Positions 17,381 to 26,008 of a DNA stretch of 46,866 nucleotides are shown in pieces (position 1 is the first letter of the stretch; each line of letters begins with the position of its first letter). A program made the position numbers and the translations under genes. Source of the DNA: an uncultured Dehalococcoidales bacterium (GTDB taxonomy: Bacteria; Chloroflexota; Dehalococcoidia; Dehalococcoidales; DAOVUZ01); the NCBI GenBank assembly GCA_964616615.1, contig CAZTRJ010000003.1, positions 1 through 46,866 on the forward strand, written 5' to 3'. The notes under the pieces are model-generated. The model saw only the letters and a program-made list of their open reading frames with translations, was not told the origin of the DNA and made no database searches.

Positions 17381-18460
17381 TCACTTAGCCCAGAGAGTCC
17401 CCGGGACCGGGTTCTCGGCGTCGCTGTATTTCTTGGCAGCTTCCACCATCGCTTTTATGTTCTTCACCGGCGCCTCTGGCCAAATATCACAGGCGGGCCA
17501 TACCGCATCAACGCCTTCCCCAATAGCTGCCTTCACTTGCTGGTCAATCTCTTCCGGTGTTGACATCGCCAGCAATTGGTAAACATCCAAGTTCCCCATG
17601 AGGCGAACACCACTACCCTCCATTTTCTCCCTTGATTGACGGATATGATTCTTCTGCTCTACGGAGATAAAATCAGCCCCGGTTTTAATCATGTATATTA
17701 TATCGTCATCCGTGTCACCACAGGTATGCAGAATCCTGGGGTGGTCTATTTGGGAGAACAAGTCCTGCAAATGAGGCAATATCAGGTCCTCGTACGTCTT
17801 CGGGCTTAATAGCTCAGTGGCGCATGTCATCTCACGGACGCACACATAGTCAGCACCAGCCTCTCGGTAAAGTTTAACCTCCTGAGCAAGGTAGTCAGTC
17901 AGAACCTTCAGTAGCTGGTGCACCATGTCTCTATTCTTCAGTACCATCTTAGATAGGTCAACAACAGTATCTACCGCTCCCGCCACGCCGTAGGGACCCA
18001 GAATGTAAGCGCCGATTGCTACCTGGCCACCCACCTCCTTTTTCAAAAGGCGAAGCGCCTCTTCTACCACAGGTATTCTGCCTGCCCCAGATGGCTTTTT
18101 CTTCTTTAGCGCCTCAAGGTCCAGATCCACCAGTTTCTCCGTCAATTCATGCTTCATAGTGGGGTAGATGATTCTTTCTTTCTTCGCCTCGTAAAACTCA
18201 GGTACGGAGCCTAATGATTCAGCCTCTAGGTGGTAATCATAGGGAACTACGGCACACTCAAACCCAGTGGCTGGGTATGTGGCCGCTGCCGCCATTGCCA
18301 TTTTATAAGCATCTCGGTGCAGGTCTCCAAAAAGCAAGCCAAGGCGCTCTACCTCTTCTACCAGCACATTCCCCATACCAGTGAAACAGGGAATGCGGTC
18401 TACCTTTTCCTTCTTGAGAAATCGAATCACTCGTTCTCTAGAATTAAGTTCTGTTGCCAT
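17381..18460 (-). CDS. URO-D/MtaA-CmuA family corrinoid methyltransferase
   Basis: Paralog of 16125..17192 (RERVIRFLKKEKVDRIPCFTGMGN, ILHTCGD, WPACDIWPEAPVKNIKAMV). Confidence 0.8.
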   Translation of the reverse strand: MATELNSRERVIRFLKKEKVDRIPCFTGMGNVLVEEVERLGLLFGDLHRDAYKMAMAAAATYPATGFECAVVPYDYHLEAESLGSVPEFYEAKKERIIYPTMKHELTEKLVDLDLEALKKKKPSGAGRIPVVEEALRLLKKEVGGQVAIGAYILGPYGVAGAVDTVVDLSKMVLKNRDMVHQLLKVLTDYLAQEVKLYREAGADYVCVREMTCATELLSPKTYEDLILPHLQDLFSQIDHPRILHTCGDTDDDIIYMIKTGADFISVEQKNHIRQSREKMEGSGVRLMGNLDVYQLLAMSTPEEIDQQVKAAIGEGVDAVWPACDIWPEAPVKNIKAMVEAAKKYSDAENPVPGTLWAK

Positions 18461-18461
18461 A

Positions 18462-19415
18462 TTATTTTTCCTCCTCCTTTCCTAATAATTGCTCTACTAC
18501 CTTAGGGAACAGTAGGTTCAAAGGATGACCCTCAGTGGGTAAGGGTGCGCCCTCAGCATAGGCCCTGGCAGCCAGCATGCTACTAGCTGTTGCCACCGCG
18601 GGGTAGATTCGCTCCAGAGCAGTCATAGGACCAGGCAATATCCAGTCGCTTTCTATAGCAGTTATTGCCTGCATAGCAGCATCCACAGCCGGAAACTTGC
18701 TGGCACCCTCCTCACCCACAGACTTCTTCCACATATAGGTGCCGTTGGACGGAGCACAGCCCACCGGTAGCCCAAATTTCTCCTTGACCAGACGATTACC
18801 TATCAAGGAGAAGGCGGTGAGCGGTAAGCCCATCACCGCTGTGTCTACCAGGATGCTCTCGAAATTCCCTTTCTCCACCAGGGGTAGCAGCTTCTGGAGC
18901 GCCGAGACTCGTCCATTGGGTCCCATATCCTCCACATCAAACGCCTGAACGACCACATGCTTTACACCCAATTCCTTGAGTTCCGCTACCTGACCTTCAA
19001 TATCCTCATCCCAGGGAGTAATGCTATTATAAAGAAAGCGGTCCATCAGTCCTAGCTCAGCTATATAACGCGTTGCCGCAATTCTCGTCTTTGCCACCCA
19101 GATGTCGACACCGAAGGGTAAGTCGGTCACACTGGTGTAAAAATCAACCCACACCTTCATCTCATCCGTCTTGTTAGCTACCATAACCACCATACCGGGC
19201 ACGCCTGTCTCCTGAGACAGACGCTCCATCTCGTGGATACGTTCTGTAGCCTTCGCTCTGTCAAACTTACGCTCCTTTCTACTCTCAAGGAGCACATCCC
19301 CCTTCTGGAACATATTCCAAAATAAAACCGGGGGATTCTGTCCCGGTTGCCCACCCACTTTGATGCCACCAATGTTAAAAACCTTCTGTTCCAAGTTATA
19401 TTTAAGCATCACCAA
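18462..19415 (-). CDS. MtrH-family methyltransferase (methyl-corrinoid:tetrahydropterin methyltransferase-like)
   Basis: Alignable by eye to archaeal MtrH: FNIGGIKVGGQPGQNP, LYNSI, GLPVGCAPSN, GHPLN. Ends 1 nt before the next methyltransferase start. Confidence 0.75.
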   Translation of the reverse strand: MVMLKYNLEQKVFNIGGIKVGGQPGQNPPVLFWNMFQKGDVLLESRKERKFDRAKATERIHEMERLSQETGVPGMVVMVANKTDEMKVWVDFYTSVTDLPFGVDIWVAKTRIAATRYIAELGLMDRFLYNSITPWDEDIEGQVAELKELGVKHVVVQAFDVEDMGPNGRVSALQKLLPLVEKGNFESILVDTAVMGLPLTAFSLIGNRLVKEKFGLPVGCAPSNGTYMWKKSVGEEGASKFPAVDAAMQAITAIESDWILPGPMTALERIYPAVATASSMLAARAYAEGAPLPTEGHPLNLLFPKVVEQLLGKEEEK

Positions 19416-19434
19416 TATACCTCCTTTCTGGAGT

Positions 19435-21426
19435 TTATTTCTCTGCTCTCTGACTAAGAATGTCCTCTAAGTGAGGGAACTTATCCTTCATATGGGGCAA
19501 CCACATAGCCTGACCAAAAATCTTGTCAAAATCCGTCTCCACAGTCAACTCCACATATTCCACCATCCTAGCGATTTTGTCGGCTTCATCCCTCTGGTCT
19601 TTATCCATAAGGGCAACGCGGGCGCCATCACCGGCAGCATTACCCACGGAATAGACATTCTCCATATCACAACCGGGGAACATTCCCAGAACCGCCGCCG
19701 ATACCTTGTCAATAAAACTGCCGAAGGCTCCCGCCAGAACGACCTTATCAATTTTTTCAATGCCCAAGCGACGCATCATTATCTTGGCACCGGAATACAT
19801 CGCCCCCTTGCCTAGCTGGATAGCCCTCACATCAGCCTGGTTAACTGTGATGTCCTGCCCGATGGAGGTTTCTTTTGCCCAGGCAATTACATACTCGGCC
19901 TGCTCCTTCTCGTCAAGGCGTATACGAGGATTGTCTGACTCCTTGGTAAGAACACCATTCGTGGCTACCAGACCCGCCAGCCACAACTGAGGCACAACAT
20001 CAATTATTGCCGAGCCGCAGATACCGTTAGCTCCTAGATTTTCCTCCGCTTCTGTATTCCACTCCTCCCTGCCGATAACCTTGAAGTCAGCCTCTTTGGT
20101 AACCGGGTCTATCTTTATCTTCTCAATAGCCCCCGGAGCGGCACGACACCCGAACTTCATCTCGGCTCCTTCAAACGCCGGCCCAGTGGCACAGGAGGAA
20201 GAAATGAGCTTTTCCCGGTTGCCCAAAACCAGCTCGCCATTAGTGCCGATGTCGATGATGAGCTCCATACTATCCTGCTCATAAGGCTTCTCGCAGAGGA
20301 GCACGCCGACATTATCCGCCCCGACAAAGCCAGCCTCAATAGGAAGAACATGGACATAAGCCCCCGGGGCTATCTTGAGTCCCAGGTCTCTAGCCTTGTA
20401 ATTTACCGAGTGGTGTCTCGCTGCCGGGAAAGGAGCCATGCCGATATACTCGGTATCAACACCCATAAACAGGTGGTGCATACAAGTATTGCCGACTGCG
20501 GTCATGTCAATGATATCCCGCCGCTTGATGCCTGCCTTAAGGGCAGCTCTCCCACAGATTTCATTCAGACCCTTAACGATGGTATCCTGCATTGTCGACG
20601 CGCCGTCCTCGTGGGTCATATTATAGGTAATACGCGCCATCACATCTTCACCGTAAATTGTCTGCGGGTTCATCATGGATTCGGTGGCTACTACCTCGCC
20701 AGTGGACAGGTCACACAGGTAACCAACTACCGTGGTGGTGCCGATATCAAAAGCTATACCATAAGCCTTTTCCACATTTCCCGGCTCTATCAAGATAATT
20801 TCTTTATCCATCCATACCGATACGGTTACCTCCCACTTTTCGGCATATTTCCCACCAATCTTTCGCACCCTGTCCTGCATAGTCTTCAGTACCTGATAGT
20901 CAAGGTCGAGTTGCTTCGATACTCCATACTGCTCATTAAGCGCGTTACATATCCGCTCAAAGTCAGGGAGGGGGTCATAAAATGTCGCTGCCGGCAGTAC
21001 CAAATGGTATTTCTTCACCGCTGGGTTTACCTCAAGCCATGGTATCTCCCTGGCTGCCTTGCGCACAATCTGCTTGGCCAGCCGGCTCTCCTCAGGGACG
21101 AAGACCATAACATCACCGTGGATACAAGCCTGGCAAGCCAGCCGGTAACCTTCCTTCGCCTCCCTATCACTGATAAACTTCTCCTTCTCCGTTTCGTTTA
21201 TTGGACTGAGATGACTCCCGCTTGAGTCAATATGGTATTTCTCAAAGAACCCCTCTTCTATCCTGACCTTACACTTGCCGCAGGTACCCTTTTGAGAGCA
21301 AGTGCCTTCAATACCTACCCCCAGTTTCTCCGAAGCCTCCTTGAGGTTCACTCCGTCTTCGATATCGCCTCTACGACCCGATGGAGTAAAGATAACCTTG
21401 TGCATTTGGTTCCCCTGTTCCGTCAT
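19435..21426 (-). CDS. RACo-type reductive activator of corrinoid proteins ([2Fe-2S] ferredoxin + ASKHA ATPase)
   Basis: N-terminal plant-type ferredoxin Cys pattern (GTCSQKGTCGKCKV ... LACQ). Large ASKHA/DUF4445-like body (AFDIGTTTV, IDIGTNGE, CGSAI). Confidence 0.8.
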   Translation of the reverse strand: MTEQGNQMHKVIFTPSGRRGDIEDGVNLKEASEKLGVGIEGTCSQKGTCGKCKVRIEEGFFEKYHIDSSGSHLSPINETEKEKFISDREAKEGYRLACQACIHGDVMVFVPEESRLAKQIVRKAAREIPWLEVNPAVKKYHLVLPAATFYDPLPDFERICNALNEQYGVSKQLDLDYQVLKTMQDRVRKIGGKYAEKWEVTVSVWMDKEIILIEPGNVEKAYGIAFDIGTTTVVGYLCDLSTGEVVATESMMNPQTIYGEDVMARITYNMTHEDGASTMQDTIVKGLNEICGRAALKAGIKRRDIIDMTAVGNTCMHHLFMGVDTEYIGMAPFPAARHHSVNYKARDLGLKIAPGAYVHVLPIEAGFVGADNVGVLLCEKPYEQDSMELIIDIGTNGELVLGNREKLISSSCATGPAFEGAEMKFGCRAAPGAIEKIKIDPVTKEADFKVIGREEWNTEAEENLGANGICGSAIIDVVPQLWLAGLVATNGVLTKESDNPRIRLDEKEQAEYVIAWAKETSIGQDITVNQADVRAIQLGKGAMYSGAKIMMRRLGIEKIDKVVLAGAFGSFIDKVSAAVLGMFPGCDMENVYSVGNAAGDGARVALMDKDQRDEADKIARMVEYVELTVETDFDKIFGQAMWLPHMKDKFPHLEDILSQRAEK

Positions 21427-21472
21427 CGTTCCCTTCCTTTCTATTTGTATTTTTTATATTTTTGATGGCACA

Positions 21473-21793
21473 CTACTTATGCATAATATCGAATATCACC
21501 ACCACATCACGAGGTAGAGCTAGCTCAGCCTCAGCCTCGATTGCCTTAAGGACAGCCATGGGAACGGGGCAGGTAGTATGCAACTTACACCTTGAAGCAG
21601 CTTTATAAACTTCAGTGTCTACGTGCCGTTTAAGTACCTCTCCCTCGTCTATCTCTGTCAGTGATTCGCCCAGCTCAGTTACCATTTCACAGCCGCTGGT
21701 AATTACGACCTTAAAGCTCTCATCGTCAACTCTGTCAACCTCTACAGTGCTGATAAAACCACAGATACCCGACTTAACGATTACCCTGGTCAT
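21473..21793 (-). CDS. small conserved-looking Cys-containing protein, unknown function
   Basis: 106-aa ORF with an RBS (AGAGGAA), placed just upstream of the activator gene. Four Cys (GICGF, SGCEM, SRCKLHTTCP). No family recognised. Confidence 0.4.
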   Translation of the reverse strand: MTRVIVKSGICGFISTVEVDRVDDESFKVVITSGCEMVTELGESLTEIDEGEVLKRHVDTEVYKAASRCKLHTTCPVPMAVLKAIEAEAELALPRDVVVIFDIMHK

Positions 21794-21815
21794 CCATATT
21801 CCTCTATTCTAACCC

Positions 21816-22126
21816 CTACTGATGGACGGCAAAACCGCCTAAACCTCTGCCTACCCTGTCCATCTGCCGAACATCATACAAACTCCCCCTCGGTAGCATT
21901 TCGCCGCCTGGTTCTAGTGTAAAACCCGGTTTGTGCTTCTTCCCAATCTCAATGGCTTTTCAGCAACTTTCCTAGACATCAGCAGCCGTGCCTACCTGAA
22001 AAACCGCTGGCTCAACGTTCCCGTAGAGAATGTCATTGGGAAAAAGCTTGCTAAAACTCTCAAAAGGTGTTGGACAGTTAAGAGCCCGATAACCACCGAT
22101 GTACCCGGCGCCAAAATTAACTATGC
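21816..22126 (-). pseudogene. decayed C-terminal relic of a URO-D/MtaA-family methyltransferase
   Basis: The - strand translation reads WRIVNFGAGYIGGYRALNCPTPFESFSKLFPNDILYGNVEPAVFQVGTAADV*ESC*KAIEIGKKHKPGFTLEPGGEMLPRGSLYDVRQM. This parallels the C-terminus of the intact paralogs (ILGNVESKVVLTHGTAEEVRAVARKALEAG..MLEPSCG..MPLNNIKVLV). It has in-frame TAG and TGA codons, and the N-terminal ~240 aa are missing. Confidence 0.4.
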
Positions 22127-22231
22127 GCCACTACCCCTTTCCTATTAATAGAAGCGTCAACTACTTTCAGCAGGTAGCGAGCTACTTTATACGCCATTCC
22201 CTCTTGTCTTATTTCCCCTCTCTTTTGTGGG

Positions 22232-22918
22232 CTATTTCTTAGCTGCTGCCTCTTCTTCCTTCAGCATTGCAATCAGCTTCATCGCTTCATCAACCGCCGT
22301 CCCAGCACTTTCTGCATATCCATCAGCATCATATTTTTTAGCTACATCTGGGTTTATCGGAGCACCGCCTATCATAATACGGCACTTGGGATTTTTCTCC
22401 CTTATCTTCTTTATCACCACCGGCATGCCCAGCATGCTAGTCGTCATCATAGCTGAGAGAGCCACAATCTCAGAATTAGTCTTAAGCTGCTCCTCGACAA
22501 ACTTTTCCAGTGGCACATCCCTTCCCAGGTCATAGACGCTCCAGCCAGCAACATCAAACATCATCTTGATCAGGTTCTTGCCGATGTCGTGAACATCGCC
22601 CTCAACCACACCAATGACTACTGTCCCCGCCACTTTTGATTTTCTTCCTGAGGCAATGATGGCCGGCTTTAAGATGTCCAAGCCAGCATACAGCGCATCG
22701 GCACACATCAGGAGTTCCGGGACAAAGTACTCCTTTTTGTTGTACAGGTCGCCTACCGCTACCATCCCATTAGCCAGACCGTCCATTGTGGCGACGAAGG
22801 GGTCTACGCCTTCGTCTATAGCAGCGTGGCTAAGCTCCACCACCTTGTCCTCATCAAAAGCCACCACCGCGTCATGAAGCCCTTTTAGTATTTCCTTAGT
22901 TCTCTCCTCTGAAGCCAA
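22232..22918 (-). CDS. corrinoid (B12-binding) protein of MtaC/MtbC/MttC type
   Basis: B12-binding DxHxxG motif (GDVHDIGKN), SAMMTTSM and GGAP motifs, N-terminal helical cap. TTG start behind AGGAGG. Stop codon is TAG. Confidence 0.85.
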   Translation of the reverse strand: MASEERTKEILKGLHDAVVAFDEDKVVELSHAAIDEGVDPFVATMDGLANGMVAVGDLYNKKEYFVPELLMCADALYAGLDILKPAIIASGRKSKVAGTVVIGVVEGDVHDIGKNLIKMMFDVAGWSVYDLGRDVPLEKFVEEQLKTNSEIVALSAMMTTSMLGMPVVIKKIREKNPKCRIMIGGAPINPDVAKKYDADGYAESAGTAVDEAMKLIAMLKEEEAAAKK

Positions 22919-23117
22919 TTTTCTCCTCCTTTTTTGATTAAAATAACACCTAAATCAGGTGGATAGTCGTTCCTCTTTTTAAGTTTTTTTACCTAGCTGC
23001 CATCACCTCTCTTTCCATCACTTGGCTCTATTGCCCAGCCAGCAAGCGTTTATGCAAGCCAACTTCACTGCCCATACCAAACAATATGAACACCAAGCAC
23101 CTCTATCTACCAGGTAG

Positions 23118-23147
23118 AATATACAACAGGCATATTCTTATTGTCAA
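23118..23147 (-). promoter_or_regulatory. sigma70-like promoter for the corrinoid-protein operon
   Basis: On the - strand: TTGACA (23147-23142), an 18-nt spacer, then TATATT (23123-23118). A small palindrome ACAGTTTAACACTGT sits just upstream. Confidence 0.45.
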
Positions 23148-23207
23148 GAACACAGTTTAACACTGTTTAGCAATTCTGCCCAGATAGCTCTAGCTGAAAA
23201 CTCAGAG

Positions 23208-24233
23208 TCACTCCTTAAGTTTAAAGTTTCTAGCCTCTTCGACAAGGACTTTTATGTTATTGAGCGGCATTAATGCTTCAAGACCACAGCTAGGCTCGAG
23301 CATAGTAACACCAGCCTCAAGCGCTTTCCTAGCTACGGCTCTCACCTCTTCAGCGGTACCATGGGTTAGCACCACTTTGGATTCAACATTACCCAAGATT
23401 TTAACGTCACCTACGATTGGCTTTATCCGGGCGATGTCAACACTTTGCTTAACGCTTATAACGTCAAAACCAATGTCAGCGATGTCTGGTATAAATGGTT
23501 CGACATCCCCACACAGATGTAGGATTCTTATTCCACCCAGATTGTCGGCGATTTTTTTCAGGGCGGGCTTAATATATTCTCTAAAAGTCTTGAGACCCAT
23601 TATGTCAGGCGTTCCCAGAGGCTCGCCAAGTGAGATTACATCAGAGCCAGCACGATATTGTGCCTTGCCATACTCTATGATGGCTTCCACGGCAAAATCA
23701 ATGAACTTTTTGGCACTTTCCGGATTCTTTACTGCCCACATCAAGAATCTCGTTGGCTCGGCTAACTCACCAGCTAGTGAATAAGGACCAAAGACAAAAC
23801 TTGTTACCGGGAGAAAATCTCCCACCTTTCTCCTCGCCAAACGAATGGCTTCCATTACGGCTGGAATTCTACCTCTTTTCAGAAAATCATCTGGCATCTT
23901 CAGGTCCTCGGCTTTATCAAAGGCATGATGTAGCATTGCTGGTTTAAGTTCATGACGGTCATAGAACTGAATTTCACAGCCCAAAACCTCAGGCAATATA
24001 CTGAATTCGTACCCAATGTTCACATTTCCCAGTCCAGTTATCTCCTGGCTAGCAATAGCCAGATTTGCCATCTTTTCCGGGTCTTGAAAGGCTTCAGGCC
24101 AGTATATTCCAGCCGCTTTTTGAATCTCTACGGTAACACTTCCTCCACAAGCCCCGATGCAGGTTGCCGGTACCTCATCAACTTTCCCTCCCAATAAAGC
24201 AGTCAACACCCTTCGTTTTGGAGTGAATTTCAA
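23208..24233 (-). CDS. URO-D/MtaA-CmuA family corrinoid methyltransferase
   Basis: RRVLTALLGGKVDEVP, ILHLCGD, MLEPSCGLEALMPLNNIKVLV. Confidence 0.8.
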   Translation of the reverse strand: MKFTPKRRVLTALLGGKVDEVPATCIGACGGSVTVEIQKAAGIYWPEAFQDPEKMANLAIASQEITGLGNVNIGYEFSILPEVLGCEIQFYDRHELKPAMLHHAFDKAEDLKMPDDFLKRGRIPAVMEAIRLARRKVGDFLPVTSFVFGPYSLAGELAEPTRFLMWAVKNPESAKKFIDFAVEAIIEYGKAQYRAGSDVISLGEPLGTPDIMGLKTFREYIKPALKKIADNLGGIRILHLCGDVEPFIPDIADIGFDVISVKQSVDIARIKPIVGDVKILGNVESKVVLTHGTAEEVRAVARKALEAGVTMLEPSCGLEALMPLNNIKVLVEEARNFKLKE

Positions 24234-24316
24234 TATTTTTATACCTCCTCTTAAAGGTTGATTTACCCCAGTTTAAGCTTTACCAGCCAGTGATAAGAAT
24301 GATAAATAATTTGTCC

Positions 24317-25360
24317 CTACTTTTCCTCAAATTTCACACCATATCTCGGGGCAACTTGTTGAATGGTACCAATTATCATACTATATAGAAGGTCCTCGGG
24401 TAACTTGCTGGCTATGGCGTCAACCACGAGCCTGCCACCACTCAGAGTATCCATATCACCAGTGAAATCGACTTCTTGGTCCAAGCTCACTAAACTGGCT
24501 TTAAGGAAGAAGCTCTCATCGCTGATAATCGCCTTTATATGGTTAATATCTCCTTCCATGCCGAGCACCTTTTCGGCTATCCCCACTAACAGGTAACGCA
24601 GGAAGTCCTTCAGCTCAGATTGGCTAAGAGTGCGCTCGACCTCAATGGCGTACCGCTCCCCCCGCTCCCCTATCTCAGTCACCGACCTAGCAAAAGTCTT
24701 AAACACGGTCATGGTAGCAACGGGAACAACTTCATGCCTTCCCCGAAGCACTATACCTGATAATTCATCTAAACCCGTCCCCGTTTTCGCCGACATCATA
24801 AGTAATCTTGCCCTGGGATTAATGTGCTGAATGATGGCTTGTATCGCTGGGAGCTGGTCCGGCGCCACCAGGTCCATCTTGTTTATCACCACTACCTCCG
24901 CATCCTCTATTTGACGGGACTCAATAAAGGGTAACTTCTCAGTATCTCCCTGATAGGATAAGAGTCGCAGCGCATCAACCAGTATTATTACCGGCGCCAA
25001 GTCCACTGTCTCACCAAACTTTCTCTGGAACGCCTCATACAGTTTTGAGGGCAGGAAATAAGCTACTGGCTCAATGAACATCACATCTGGGATAAACCTC
25101 TCGGTTATGGTATCAATGATGTAACCAAGATGGTCGAGGTAAAAGCAAATGCATCCTCCCGTGATTTCCCCAGCCTCGAACCCAAGACGCTTGGTCATCT
25201 CCCCATCGACATTGATTGCCCCTTTGTCATTAGATACTACCGCCACCCGCTTCCCCTCCCCACTCAGTTTTTTCCCCAGTTCCATAATGGCAGTAGTCTT
25301 GCCGACGGCGTAAAAGCCACCTATGCTGGCAACCCTTACTTTCTCCATTGTTATGCTCAT
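24317..25360 (-). CDS. G3E-family P-loop GTPase (CobW/MeaB/HypB-like) with C-terminal domain
   Basis: G1 GGFYAVGKTT, CobW-like GGCICF (degenerate CxCC), switch IEPVA, NKMDL (NKxD), and a ~130-aa C-terminal extension. Confidence 0.65.
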   Translation of the reverse strand: MSITMEKVRVASIGGFYAVGKTTAIMELGKKLSGEGKRVAVVSNDKGAINVDGEMTKRLGFEAGEITGGCICFYLDHLGYIIDTITERFIPDVMFIEPVAYFLPSKLYEAFQRKFGETVDLAPVIILVDALRLLSYQGDTEKLPFIESRQIEDAEVVVINKMDLVAPDQLPAIQAIIQHINPRARLLMMSAKTGTGLDELSGIVLRGRHEVVPVATMTVFKTFARSVTEIGERGERYAIEVERTLSQSELKDFLRYLLVGIAEKVLGMEGDINHIKAIISDESFFLKASLVSLDQEVDFTGDMDTLSGGRLVVDAIASKLPEDLLYSMIIGTIQQVAPRYGVKFEEK

Positions 25361-25417
25361 AATTAAAAACTATCTGGGGCTACTCTAACTTTTGTCAACA
25401 GGCAAATAACTTCCCGT

Positions 25418-26008
25418 CTACAATTTAACCCCAATGAGAATAGTCCCCTGACCCCGCACATCAACCCCGTTAAAATAGCCATTTTTCAAGAATAAATCAC
25501 AAGGTGTGGTGGGACTAGCATAAATAATGGAACGACATGAAAAATCGCTCCCCTCCAGGATACACCATTCGGCGAGGAGGCTCGGGGTCTCAAAACAGCA
25601 GACATCCTTGGCGATATCCTGAGGAAAAGATATCCTGTCCTTATAAATAACAAAATTATCCAGCATAAACCAGACATTTTCCTTTTTTTTCATCCTGGCA
25701 ATGGCTTCCTCATCCTCAATTTCTTCACCCACCACCTCCTCTCCTTTCTTTAAAATCAGGGAAGGAGAGCCCCACTCAAACTCTCTGTCAGTCAGGCCAA
25801 CATAGACCAAATCACAAGTTAGCACCTCCCTTATCCCGGTGTTGGCGACCCTACCCAGACCCATCAGGGAGTGCTTTTCGGCCTCATCCTCGATGCTCAA
25901 CACCTGCTGACTATCTTTTTCAGAAAAAGGGCAGATGTCTACGAGCCCCTTCACCTTTTTCAAGGCCGCTATCATCACCGCATCTGCCTTCGTCCGGTCT
26001 ATGGTCAT
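25418..26008 (-). CDS. hypothetical Cys-rich protein
   Basis: 196-aa ORF whose ATG overlaps the stop of the RamA-like gene (ATGA). Acidic linker and several Cys (DICPF, DVCCF, EWC, FSC, TPC). No family recognised. Confidence 0.4.
   Translation of the reverse strand: MTIDRTKADAVMIAALKKVKGLVDICPFSEKDSQQVLSIEDEAEKHSLMGLGRVANTGIREVLTCDLVYVGLTDREFEWGSPSLILKKGEEVVGEEIEDEEAIARMKKKENVWFMLDNFVIYKDRISFPQDIAKDVCCFETPSLLAEWCILEGSDFSCRSIIYASPTTPCDLFLKNGYFNGVDVRGQGTILIGVKL

Noticed and set aside
20350-21225. 291-aa + strand ORF, with similar long + strand ORFs at 27061..27669, 28849..29454, 23254..23784 and 25871..26365
   Set aside because: They lie entirely antisense to well-supported - strand genes (RACo, RamA, PylC, a URO-D MT). 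They have low-complexity, motif-free translations and no RBS. They are shadow ORFs.
22919-23117. Possible riboswitch in the ~200-nt leader of the corrinoid protein gene
   Set aside because: No cobalamin-aptamer core (GGTG..AATCC, GCCACTG, B12 box) could be found on the - strand. The leader remains unexplained but unclassified.
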